A stretch of DNA of 57,494 nt, the filler included, from Dugesia japonica (taxonomy: Eukaryota), in NCBI GenBank assembly GCA_001938525.1. It is 5 parts of 5 records of this genome, joined end to end, with 100 filler letters (N's around TTAATTAATTAA, not from the genome) between each part and the next. Parts side by side here need not be neighbours in the genome. Positions count along the whole stretch, not along the records: positions 1 to 9,524 come from MQRL01608810.1; positions 9,625 to 21,098 come from MQRL01612674.1; 3 more parts are not named here. One strand, written 5' to 3'. The notes beneath the pieces are model-generated. The model saw only the letters and a list, made by a program, of their open reading frames with translations. It ran no database searches and was not told where the DNA came from. Positions 1-9,625 of this stretch are shown here, piece after piece (position 1 is the first letter of the stretch; each line of letters opens with the position of its first letter). The position numbers and the translations under genes were made by a program.

Positions 1-114
1 GCAATTATATAGTAAAAAACACACAAAATAATACAAAATTTCTTTTAAAAACGTAAAATTTCCTCAAAAATATTACTTTGAAATAAAAAATGTATTCTTT
101 AATTTAAAACATCT

Positions 115-300
115 TTTTGTGAAAATGTAATTTGTGAAATTTTAAATGTAATTTGTGAAATTTAAAATGTAATTTGTGAAATTTTTAAATGTAATTTGTG
201 AAATTTAAATGTCTTTTGTTACATAAAAAATATCTTTTGTGAAATTTTTTGTTACTTTAAATAATTATTGTCACATTTAAAATAAATATTGTGAAAATTA
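115..300. repeat. ~20-bp tandem repeat AAATGTAATTTGTGAAATTT
   Basis: At least 4 near-perfect copies at 123-210, with degenerate copies beyond. Confidence 0.8.
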
Positions 301-609
301 TTTAATATTTAATTTAATACAATCAATAAATTCATCATTTGACATAATTGTATAATTTTTTTTATTTTCAATTTTATTTTCAATTTTATTTTCAATTTTA
401 TTAAATCTATTCTCTAATGATTCAAATTTTCCATTGTTATCTCTTTTTGGAAGAATTAAAAAATTTTTTCTATTGTAAGGAATATTATATTGTCTTAAAT
501 ATTTTCTTATTGTTTGTTCATTTACTTTATGTTCTTTACAAAAAGATATAACAGAATTTTTAATAAAATCATAATCTTTTAGCATGTTATAAAAAGTACT
601 ATCATTCAT
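298..609 (-). CDS. Small hypothetical Polinton protein, possible helix-turn-helix
   Basis: 103-aa intronless ORF with TTATAAAAATG start context. The segment SVISFCKEHKVNEQTIRKYLRQY is HTH-like. Confidence 0.5.
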   Translation of the reverse strand: MNDSTFYNMLKDYDFIKNSVISFCKEHKVNEQTIRKYLRQYNIPYNRKNFLILPKRDNNGKFESLENRFNKIENKIENKIENKKNYTIMSNDEFIDCIKLNIK

Positions 610-634
610 TTTTATAAGATAAATTTTAAGATTA

Positions 635-735
635 TATTGTATCGTGTCGTATTATTGTATTGTATCGTGTCGTATTATTGTATTGTATTGTATCGTATTA
701 CCGTATCGAGACGCAGTGTGTGCCTTATCGTATTG
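635..735. promoter_or_regulatory. Putative bidirectional promoter with TATTGTATCGTGTCG-type repeats
   Basis: 157-bp spacer between two divergent ORFs, containing repeated (T)ATCGT/TATTG units. Confidence 0.35.
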
Positions 736-766
736 ATTTTTTTTTTCTAAATTTTTTTTATATAAA

Positions 767-1390
767 ATGGCAGCAAAAAAAAAGATGACATTAACAACTT
801 TATATGACACTGTTAATAATATAGAAAGTTTAGAAAAATTTAGTTTGGAAGAAATTAAAAATTTTAGTAAATTAAAAATTACAGAAAAACGTGCAAATTA
901 TTATTTTAATATGTTAAAATCAATGTATGAACAGATAGATGAAAATGGAGAAAATGAAAAATTTAAAGCTTTATTAAGTATTTTAGTAGTTAAATTTTGT
1001 GAATCAGATTGTAAAGGTATTATAATAGGAGAAATTGGTGTGTATAATAAAAGAAATATTGAAATAATTAAACAATTAGAAATTGATTATCAAAAAGAAA
1101 GAGATGAAGTAAATAGTTTAAGAACACAATTAAATATGGCATTGAAACCAAGTGAAATAAATCATCCTGCTTTAAAAATGACAATAGTAAAAAATGAAAA
1201 TAAACTTTGTTCATATAAAGAGTGTTCGGAAATTTTAAAAGAAGTATGTGATTATCCAACAAAATTAAATGAAAAATTAACTCGTGTAAAAGTTCCAGAA
1301 AAATATGAAAATAAAGTTAATAGAGTTTATTTAGGAAAAACTGAAGTTGGAAAAGGTGGAATTTTAATAAAAGATTCAAAATCTAAATAA
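767..1390 (+). CDS. Hypothetical Polinton protein (207 aa, central coiled coil)
   Basis: Uninterrupted ORF in very AT-rich DNA with TATATAAAATG start context. Divergent from ORF 298-609 and convergent with pPolB. Confidence 0.65.
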   Translation: MAAKKKMTLTTLYDTVNNIESLEKFSLEEIKNFSKLKITEKRANYYFNMLKSMYEQIDENGENEKFKALLSILVVKFCESDCKGIIIGEIGVYNKRNIEIIKQLEIDYQKERDEVNSLRTQLNMALKPSEINHPALKMTIVKNENKLCSYKECSEILKEVCDYPTKLNEKLTRVKVPEKYENKVNRVYLGKTEVGKGGILIKDSKSK

Positions 1391-1477
1391 AAATGTGAGT
1401 GGATATTTTAAGTGATTTTATTTTTATTTATAAAAATTTAAAGTTGAATTTTATTATTAATTAAATGTTTTTAATTT

Positions 1478-1655
1478 TATTGTTACTTGTTAGATTGTTT
1501 CATGTTTATTGTTTCATGTTTATTGTTGCTTGTTAGATTGTTTATTGTTTCATTTTACTTGTTTCATGTTTATTGTTTATCGTTGCTTGTTACATGTAGA
1601 TTGTTTCATGTTTATTGTTGCTTGTTACTTGTTTCATGTTTCATGTTTATTGTTA
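1478..1655. repeat. Degenerate tandem repeat TTGTTTCATGTTTATTG / TTGTTAGA between convergent gene ends
   Basis: Visible short-unit repetition. It produces the spurious Cys/Phe/Leu-rich ORFs at 1487-1715. Confidence 0.75.
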
Positions 1656-4600
1656 AAATACATTTGTAATAATTTAATTTTGTTAAATGTTAGATTTTCT
1701 TCTATTAAATTTTGACATGCTAATTTTTTATTTATTTTGTCAAGTCTTAAATGCCAGATTTTTTCGTTTATGGTTTCATTTTCATTTTCAATTTCATTTT
1801 CATTTTCATNNNNNNNNNNNNNNNNNNNNNNNNNNNNNNNNNNNNNNNNNNNNNNNNNNNNNNNNNNNNNNNNNNNNNNNNNNNNNNNNNNNNNNNNNNN
1901 NNNNNNNNNNNNNNNNNNNNNNNNNNNNNNNNNNNNNNNNNNNNNNNNNNNNNNNNNNNNNNNNNNNNGGTTACATTTCTCACATTCAAATTCATTTCCG
2001 TGTGGCCAAGTCCTTGTTGCATTATCTTCTATTATTCTTTTATCACTGTAACCTGTTAAAGCAATTTTCTTTTGTTGTGTTAATTTTATATCATGGAGTT
2101 CAGATTTTAGTGAATAATTTATTCCATAGATTATTTTCTTTGGATCTTTTAGAACTGAATCAAATTCTCGCATACCGATGGGATTGAAACTTTGAACACC
2201 TTTATGTTTCTTGTTAAAAGATATTTTGTTATCTTTATTTTGATATTCATATGCGTAAGATTTAGGTTTTATAAAATTGCATTTTAAAATTTCAGAATTT
2301 GGCATTTCATCTTTCATTTGGAAAAGATTATCACCAGTTAATGAATTTAGAATTTTAAGGTTATCTTCACCAAGAATCTCGATAAATACGGAATCCGTGT
2401 TTTTAATTATCAACGGAAATCCAGAGTTAAATGTTCCATCTTGAGTTTCAATGTCGTATACTTCTTCTTCGATTTGTCTTAGGAATCTTATATCTTGGAT
2501 CTTATATGAAATATCTTTAGGTTTTATTTCTTTTAATTTATATTGATTTGGAGTGTCTTCTGTAATAATTAAATTCTTACCTAAAGATGTTTCATGAAAA
2601 TATGCTGTGGCTAAAGATATTTTATCTTGATATGAATCTTGTAATATTGTATCTCGAAATTTAGAATTTTGATCTCGAAATGTTGAATCTTGAAATTTAG
2701 CATTTTGACATGTTTCTTGTAATGTTGAATTTTTATTTTTATTTCTAAAAAATTTAAATTTATTGTGTAATAATTCAGTTTCAAGTGTTACATCTTTAGG
2801 TTTAATTTCTTTACCTGTGATATCTAACAATGAATGGTCTTCTGTTACATCAACAATGCCGAGATGAGTTCTAACTCTGTAAATCTTTTTAGTAGTTGTA
2901 TGTTTTATAACTTTTTTCAATGGAACCCAGTTACTTTTAGTCCAAATTTCAAGATTTCCAGGATATGAATAATATTTTTCAAATTCGCATAAAGCAGTGT
3001 CGTTATCATGATCATTGTAATAATGTGGTGATATTTCAGAGATCATTTTTATCATTGGTTTTTTATCTTTTTTATTTCGAAGTAACACTGGAGTATCATG
3101 GGTAACAGAATCAGAATAATGAATTTTATAGTTATCTTTAATTTTTGGTTCTAACTGGTTATATACAAAATTATACATTACTTCTTTAGCATATTCTAGG
3201 ATAGTGAAACCTAGATATGGAAATTTGTTATATTTTAAATTAGTTTTCGCAAGATGTACTGCGCCCATTTTAGATACAATTTCATTGTTTAAAGTGAAAA
3301 TTTTAGAACTTAAATATGTAGGTTTAGCAGCTAATCTTAATAATTGTTTATCTGTTCCAACGATTTCGACATTACAACGGTTTCTGATATTTTCGAGGGT
3401 TTTACCATAGAACGAGTTGTTCATTAATTTGAAAAAGTCGACTCCAAATTCATCTTTGTTTCTTTTTGCTATTGATCTTTGTTCTATATTAAATAAAATG
3501 TAATCTTTTAACCATGTAGATACTGGAAGTTTATATTTTGAATGTATCTTTTTAAGTTTCATTCCTAGTTGTAGATATAGATCTAGAGTTGAACCTAGGA
3601 TGATATAATTTTTCTTGTTAAATTGGTTCATTGTTAATTTTATATTTTCTTTTGTTAATTTTCGTGTAAAGCTTAATTGATAATTAGATAACATTTCATT
3701 TGTGATAAGTATTCTATCAGGTGCTAGTGGGAAATATTTAGTTTTATCGTGGATTTCTCTAGGATAATCAAGATCAACTTCATATAGAAAATTAAAGATT
3801 TCAGTTGAAGGTTCATATTCTAACTTGGTACATTCAATGAATTCACCTGTTGGTAATGGTTTTGTCATGCAAGATGCATAAAGTGAATTTGCATCTAGAT
3901 ATTTTATATAAGTTGGTTTTATTAATTTATTGAGATGGTTATCTAAAAGTTCTAGATCATCAGCTAGAATTATATCAAGGAGATCTTCTTTTTGCGCTTG
4001 GTTTAATCTTCTAGATAGATCGCGGGATTTATCAAATGAAAATACTTGACGTTCACCTTCTTCTCCGGAATAGCCACCTCGTACTCCACGTTCAAATTTT
4101 AGAAATGTATTATAGGTTTTTGGTTTTGCATATTTTAATTTTTGTCTTGTAAATCTCATTCCCGCTTCCCATGTTAAACCCGGCGCAGTGTAACAATAGC
4201 ATGGATCTATTTTATAAAAGTTTAAACATAATACACGAAAGTTTTCAACATAATCTGCGAGAATTAATACATCAAGTTTCATGTAATGTAGCATGTATTG
4301 CCATAGATTTTCATGATGTGAAAAGTCTTCTAAGAATTCTTGATATTCTTGATCAGAGATTCCTTTTTGTTTGAGAACTGTATAAAATTCATCTTGAGTT
4401 GGTATTTTATCAGATTTTAATAATTGCATAACTTCATTCGCATTTTTACCTGTAACATAGTCATATGGAAAAAAGATTTTCTTAGGTTTAAGATTGAATG
4501 AATCCAGTATTTTATGATTATTTATTTTTCCTAGTGTTATTCCCATTTTTTCGATGGTCGTTGGGCATAATCGATATGAATCTAAGAATCTAATATTTTT

Positions 4601-6313
4601 ATATTGAAATGAGATATATTGATCATCGGAATGTGGAATTACTTTTCTTATTTCATTTGGATGTGAATATAAAAGTTGTCTGAAGAATAAATGATTCTCA
4701 TAGCCCATTGCATTATGGAAATAAAATGGGATAAATAGATTGCTTTTAGATTTATCTTGAAGATTGCATTCAGAATGTGCATAACCGCGAAATTCTCCTG
4801 TAAAATGATTATGATCCATTACTGGAGCTGTTGTTGTTAGTTTTTCACAATAGTAACAGTTTTCATTATTATATTCTGGAATGTCTGATGTGCATTCTAA
4901 TTTTAACTTTTTAAAAATTATATCTTTAAATTTTAAATTAATATTTTCAAGGAACTTGATAAATTCATTAACAACATGTTCACCTGAGAACAGATAATAT
5001 TTAGATTCCATGAGATTATTATATTCACTGTGAAGATAGACACCTAGAGATATTGCTTCTTGAGATTTATTTTCTTTTGTGTAAGCTTCGAAATCACCAT
5101 ATAGAATGAATGGTATTTTATTTTTAAAATAGTTCTTTTTAAATTCGAAATAATCTTCTATTGGAAATTTTACTTCAGCTGTTTTCTGGTGGATGCATTC
5201 TTGTTGATGTTTAATTAGAACTTCTTTAGATGAAGATTGATTCATACAACCAAGACATAATTTATTTTTATAAGATGTGTTGAATAAAATTTCAACATTT
5301 CGAACAAGTGAATAGTGATTTTTATAAATTAAGAGATTACATTTATTTTCTTCTGGTGAAGGTTTTGTTTCATAATGTGAAATATAAAGTGATGATAGTT
5401 TAATTTTATCATTTAACTCGAAAACATTTATTTTGTAATCATTTAATTTTTCTAGTTTTTTGATATCATCGATTCTAGCAGGAAAATTGATATTAGTTAT
5501 TTTTAATTCTGATAGATGTGGAATATAATTAGTAACTCTTCTCGCGTTATGAAAAATATATTTATGTGCAAGGACAGAATACAATAAACATTTGTCATCT
5601 TTGTTTTGTATATTAACAATGCCATATTTTTTTGAAAATGGTTCTGGAAGTTCACAATACGTTCCACCTCGTTTTTTATTTTTTTCAAATTTTATTACTT
5701 CAAAATTATAATCAACAATATGATCAATTGTCCAGTTAGATTCTTTCCTTTCTCTTTCATCTATAAAATTTTGCACTTCTTCTATCATCTCGTGTATTTT
5801 ATCTTTAAAACAATCAGATGTATAAATTTTTCTTATTCTTGTGTATGAGTAGTATAATGAAGTGACATCTTCTTTTTTATATAAAGTATTGATGCCAATT
5901 CGTATTTTAAATCTTTGTTCCATTAAATTAAAATCTCGTGTTATTTTTTCTAATTCTGGTAAAATTGGTAATACTATTTTTAATTCATATTCTGAAATGT
6001 TTCTTCCAATTTCTAGTTTTCCATTATTTTGAATTTTAATTTTGTATCCAGGATATGAATTTTCATTAAAGATATCCACAATTTGTAATCCATTTCCCGG
6101 GTCAATGTAATCTTCATCATCACTTTCGCCACATGCGGTTTTTTCCAGATGAAGTTTATAATAATAATCCGTTTTAAATAACTTTTTACATAAGGCACAT
6201 TCAATGTAATCTTCTAAAGAAATTGTATAACATGTTTTAGATCTTACATGTGAATTTAGTGCACTTTGCGTTTTAAATGTTTTATTACAATTAGTACAAA
6301 TATACATGGCCAT
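1634..6313 (-). CDS. Protein-primed family B DNA polymerase (pPolB) precursor containing an intein
   Basis: 1559-aa ORF. Motifs: ExoI ILYGDFEA, ExoII FHNAMGYE, ExoIII YMKLDVLILAD, Pol A YLDANSLYASCM, Pol B KLMNNSFYGK, Pol C YSD/TDS (split). Also N-terminal Zn fingers and CYYC..DHNHFTGEFRGYAHSECN. The C-terminal tail spans an N gap (1810-1968). Confidence 0.95.
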   Translation of the reverse strand: MAMYICTNCNKTFKTQSALNSHVRSKTCYTISLEDYIECALCKKLFKTDYYYKLHLEKTACGESDDEDYIDPGNGLQIVDIFNENSYPGYKIKIQNNGKLEIGRNISEYELKIVLPILPELEKITRDFNLMEQRFKIRIGINTLYKKEDVTSLYYSYTRIRKIYTSDCFKDKIHEMIEEVQNFIDERERKESNWTIDHIVDYNFEVIKFEKNKKRGGTYCELPEPFSKKYGIVNIQNKDDKCLLYSVLAHKYIFHNARRVTNYIPHLSELKITNINFPARIDDIKKLEKLNDYKINVFELNDKIKLSSLYISHYETKPSPEENKCNLLIYKNHYSLVRNVEILFNTSYKNKLCLGCMNQSSSKEVLIKHQQECIHQKTAEVKFPIEDYFEFKKNYFKNKIPFILYGDFEAYTKENKSQEAISLGVYLHSEYNNLMESKYYLFSGEHVVNEFIKFLENINLKFKDIIFKKLKLECTSDIPEYNNENCYYCEKLTTTAPVMDHNHFTGEFRGYAHSECNLQDKSKSNLFIPFYFHNAMGYENHLFFRQLLYSHPNEIRKVIPHSDDQYISFQYKNIRFLDSYRLCPTTIEKMGITLGKINNHKILDSFNLKPKKIFFPYDYVTGKNANEVMQLLKSDKIPTQDEFYTVLKQKGISDQEYQEFLEDFSHHENLWQYMLHYMKLDVLILADYVENFRVLCLNFYKIDPCYCYTAPGLTWEAGMRFTRQKLKYAKPKTYNTFLKFERGVRGGYSGEEGERQVFSFDKSRDLSRRLNQAQKEDLLDIILADDLELLDNHLNKLIKPTYIKYLDANSLYASCMTKPLPTGEFIECTKLEYEPSTEIFNFLYEVDLDYPREIHDKTKYFPLAPDRILITNEMLSNYQLSFTRKLTKENIKLTMNQFNKKNYIILGSTLDLYLQLGMKLKKIHSKYKLPVSTWLKDYILFNIEQRSIAKRNKDEFGVDFFKLMNNSFYGKTLENIRNRCNVEIVGTDKQLLRLAAKPTYLSSKIFTLNNEIVSKMGAVHLAKTNLKYNKFPYLGFTILEYAKEVMYNFVYNQLEPKIKDNYKIHYSDSVTHDTPVLLRNKKDKKPMIKMISEISPHYYNDHDNDTALCEFEKYYSYPGNLEIWTKSNWVPLKKVIKHTTTKKIYRVRTHLGIVDVTEDHSLLDITGKEIKPKDVTLETELLHNKFKFFRNKNKNSTLQETCQNAKFQDSTFRDQNSKFRDTILQDSYQDKISLATAYFHETSLGKNLIITEDTPNQYKLKEIKPKDISYKIQDIRFLRQIEEEVYDIETQDGTFNSGFPLIIKNTDSVFIEILGEDNLKILNSLTGDNLFQMKDEMPNSEILKCNFIKPKSYAYEYQNKDNKISFNKKHKGVQSFNPIGMREFDSVLKDPKKIIYGINYSLKSELHDIKLTQQKKIALTGYSDKRIIEDNATRTWPHGNEFECEKCNXXXXXXXXXXXXXXXXXXXXXXXXXXXXXXXXXXXXXXXXXXXXXXXXXXXXXXENENEIENENETINEKIWHLRLDKINKKLACQNLIEENLTFNKIKLLQMYFNNKHET
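2399..3109 (-). mobile_element. Mini-intein (237 aa, precursor residues 1069-1305) inserted in Pol motif C
   Basis: Block A SVTHDTPVLLR, block B VDVTEDHSLL (TxxH), block F EEVYDIETQDGTF, block G PLIIKN followed by Thr+1. Removal restores YSDTDSVF. No intact LAGLIDADG motifs. Confidence 0.95.
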
Positions 6314-6349
6314 TTTATATAGTAATTATTTAATCATGTTTATATTTTT

Positions 6350-7728
6350 TTGAGTAAATTTGGATGAGTAAATTTGGAATTTTTATTTTAGATTTTTTAT
6401 TTTTAGATTTTTATTTTAGAATTTTATTTTAGATTTTATTTTAGAATTTTATTTTAGTTTGGGTGAATTTGGAGTGGTATGTTTTATTTTAATTTTTATT
6501 TGAGAGAATTTGGAGTGGTATGTTTATTTTAATTTGTGACATGATTTATTTTAATTTTTATTTGCGACATGATTTATTTTAATTTTTTATTTGAGTGAAT
6601 TTGGGGTGGTATGTTTTATTTAAATTTGACACATGATTTATTTGAATTTTTATTTGAGTAAATTTGGAGTGGTATGTTTTATTTTAATTTGAGACATGAT
6701 TTATTTTAATTTTTTTATTTGAGTGAATTTGGGGTGGTATGTTTTATTTAAATTTGTCACATGATTTATTTTAATTTTTATTTGTGACATGTTTTATTTT
6801 AATTTGTGACATGATTTATTTTAATTTTTATTTGTGACATGATTTATTTTAATTTGTGACATGATTTATTTTAATTTTTATTTGTGACATGATTTATTTT
6901 AATTTGTGACATGATTTATTTTAATTTTTATTTGAGAGAATTTGGGGTGGTATGTTTTATTTAAATTTGTCACATGATTTATTTTAATTTTTATTTGAGT
7001 GAATTTAGGGTGGTATGTTTTATTTAAATTTGTCACATGATTTATTTTAATTTTTATTTAAGTAAATTTGGAGTGTCATGTTTTATTTTAATTTGCGACA
7101 TGATTTATTTTAATTTTTATTTGTGACATGATTTATTTTAATTTGTGACATGATTTATTTTAATTTTTATTTGAGAGAATTTGGGGTGGTATGTTTTATT
7201 TAAATTTGTCACATGATTTATTTTAATTTTTATTTGAGTGAATTTGGGGTGGTATGTTTTATTTAAATTTGTCACATGATTTATTTTAATTTGTCACATG
7301 ATTTATTTTAATTTGTCACATGATAAAATTTTAATTTGAGTGAATTTGGAGGTTTCATTTTTAATTAAATTTGTCACATGATTTATTTTTAATTTAATTT
7401 GTTGAATTTATTTAGTGAATTTAGAATGAGACATGTTTAAATTTTAGATTTGAATTAAAAAAATGCGCATGATAAATTGTTACATGTAAAATGCGCAAAC
7501 ATTTATTTAATAATATGTCTAAATTTATTTGAAATGAATTGGGGATACCCCTTTTTTGAGTGAATTTGGATGAGTGAATTTGGAGTTATCATTAAATATG
7601 GTAAAATAACACGTGATTTTTGAATTTTCATTTCGGTACGGTAAAATAACACGTGATTTTTGTATTTGTCACGTGATTTTTCTTTACCATACTGCACTTG
7701 AGTGAATTTGGGGTGTTTTATATCTACT
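6350..7728. repeat. Polinton subterminal/TIR repeat array
   Basis: Interleaved modules GAGTGAATTTGG(G/A)GTGGTATGTTTTATTT and TTTGT(G/C)ACATGATTTATTTTAATTT, many copies. The first motif recurs right up to the terminus. Confidence 0.85.
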
Positions 7729-8345
7729 CCTACTTTATATAAAGATTTTTTTATAAGGAACATAAATAATTAGGAAAGAACTAAAATATTAATTAACAAA
7801 ATAATATATGATTAAGACAAAACATCAACAATAGTTTATATTCGTTTATAACAAANNNNNNNNNNNNNNNNNNNNNNNNNNNNNNNNNNNNNNNNNNNNN
7901 NNNNNTATATATATATAAATTGAAAAAATTTTATCGAATGAAAATTTTTTTAACATTTGCGTAAATTTACAAATATTTAAATATAAATACCTACTTTATA
8001 TAAAGATTATTTTATAAGGAACATAAATAATTAGGAAAGAAGTAAAATATTAATTAACAAAATAATATATGATTAAGACAAAACATCAACAATAGTTTAT
8101 ATTCGTTTATAACAAAAAATTCATAATTTATAAATTATTAATTTGAATATTTTCTGTTGACCAATACTTAACGATAAGATACTTTAATATATACAAATAT
8201 AAATAACTATAATAAATAAGATTTTTTGAGGATAAATAATAAATTAGTTAATTAAAAAAATTAATAATAGATAAATGTAGAATATAAAAGTGTAAATAAT
8301 AATAAATTATGCGTTTTTAATAAATAATAACTATAATGAAGAANN

Positions 8346-8392
<47 letters not shown>

Positions 8393-9568
8393 AANAAANA
8401 AATAAANAAANAAAATAATATATTTGTAAAATATTTAAGTATAATATATTGCAATATATAACTTGCTTTTAAATAATGTAATAAGTTAATTGATGATTAA
8501 TAATAAAAAAATGAAATGATTTATCATTTGCTAAGCTTCTCGCGGAAGTATTTGAAACTACACTTTTCTATATCAATGATTGCTCCCGATTAAAAAGTCA
8601 ATTTTTTTCATATTTTCATAATTCATTATAATTTTTCATTTTTACATTATTATGACTACATTAAGAACGTATATATTATTATTAATAGTTATTTAAATAT
8701 TCAATTATCTAATTTATCAATGGTAATTCTTCAAGATGTGGGATATTAGAAAATAAAAGAAAACGTCTGATATATCTTACCTATCCGGATAAACTATTGG
8801 ATTATTAATTATCATTTGATAAAGTAGGAATCTGTTACAGTTCTCATAAGGAACCTATAATTAAATCAATGAAATCATTAAACGTAAAAAGTAATTAACA
8901 ACCTTTCCATATAAGAATGCAAATAGTGTGATCCCCAATGCCCAAATATCTAAGGCCTATACAATTTATAATTATTAAATTATATTCAATTAAGAAAAAT
9001 TTTAATTATTATATTTATTAATTATCAACTTTATTAGAAAATGATATTAACTATTATATTATTATTTTNNNNNNNNNNNNNNNNNNNNNNNNNNNNNNNN
9101 NNNNNNNNNNNNNNNNNNNNNNNNNNNNNNNNNNNNNNNNNNNNNNNNNNNNNNNNNNNTATCACACACATAATTTAATGAATCACTGTTTTTTAAATAT
9201 AAATAGTTTAAGTTATCTCACAATATATTTCATTTTTTCTTTCAGTTTTATCAGTGGATATCGTTTTAAACAATTTATTTATATCCATATATTTTATGAA
9301 TGAGATCATATTAGATAAAAATTACTGAAATTTCATTGGATTAAATTAAAAATTCATTTTTCATAAATTTATATGTATATATATATATATAAATATATGT
9401 GTGTTTTTGTGTATGTGTGTCTTTGTGTGTTTATATAAAAAACAATTGAAAGATGAAAAATCATTACAGACTCAGTACAAGTGTTAAAGTCATTATTAGC
9501 TAATACTAAAATACTTTTTCCTATNNNNNNNNNNNNNNNNNNNNNNNNNNNNNNNNNNNNNNNNNNNN

Positions 9569-9580
9569 TTAATTAATTAA
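9569..9580. other. Artificial scaffold linker TTAATTAATTAA
   Basis: Six-frame-stop 12-mer embedded in N runs; identical at four places in the window. Confidence 0.95.
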
Positions 9581-9625
9581 NNNNNNNNNNNNNNNNNNNN
9601 NNNNNNNNNNNNNNNNNNNNNNNNT

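Larger units (their letters stand above)
1..7728. mobile_element. Polinton/Maverick (adintovirus-like) element, right-hand part; extends beyond the window start
   Basis: Intronless pPolB ORF, two small intronless ORFs and a long repetitive subterminal region. The end ...TATATCTACT at 7728 reads 5'-AGTAGATATA on the minus strand, a Polinton-type AGT terminus. Capsid, ATPase and integrase genes are not in the window. Confidence 0.8.

Noticed and set aside
757-770. TATAAAATG as a Polinton-specific promoter motif at all three ORFs
   Set aside because: The host lgl start (31721-31730) has the same context, so it may just be the AT-rich initiation consensus.
1487-2187. Short Cys/Phe/His-rich plus-strand ORFs
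   Set aside because: Produced by tandem repeats, N gaps and the antisense of pPolB.
2399-3109. Hedgehog/Hint or bacterial intein-like domain instead of a true intein
   Set aside because: It sits inside a conserved catalytic motif, has terminal Asn plus Thr+1, and its removal restores YSDTDS.
6350-7400. CRISPR-like repeat array
   Set aside because: No unique spacers, eukaryotic context and no cas genes; it is a modular tandem repeat.
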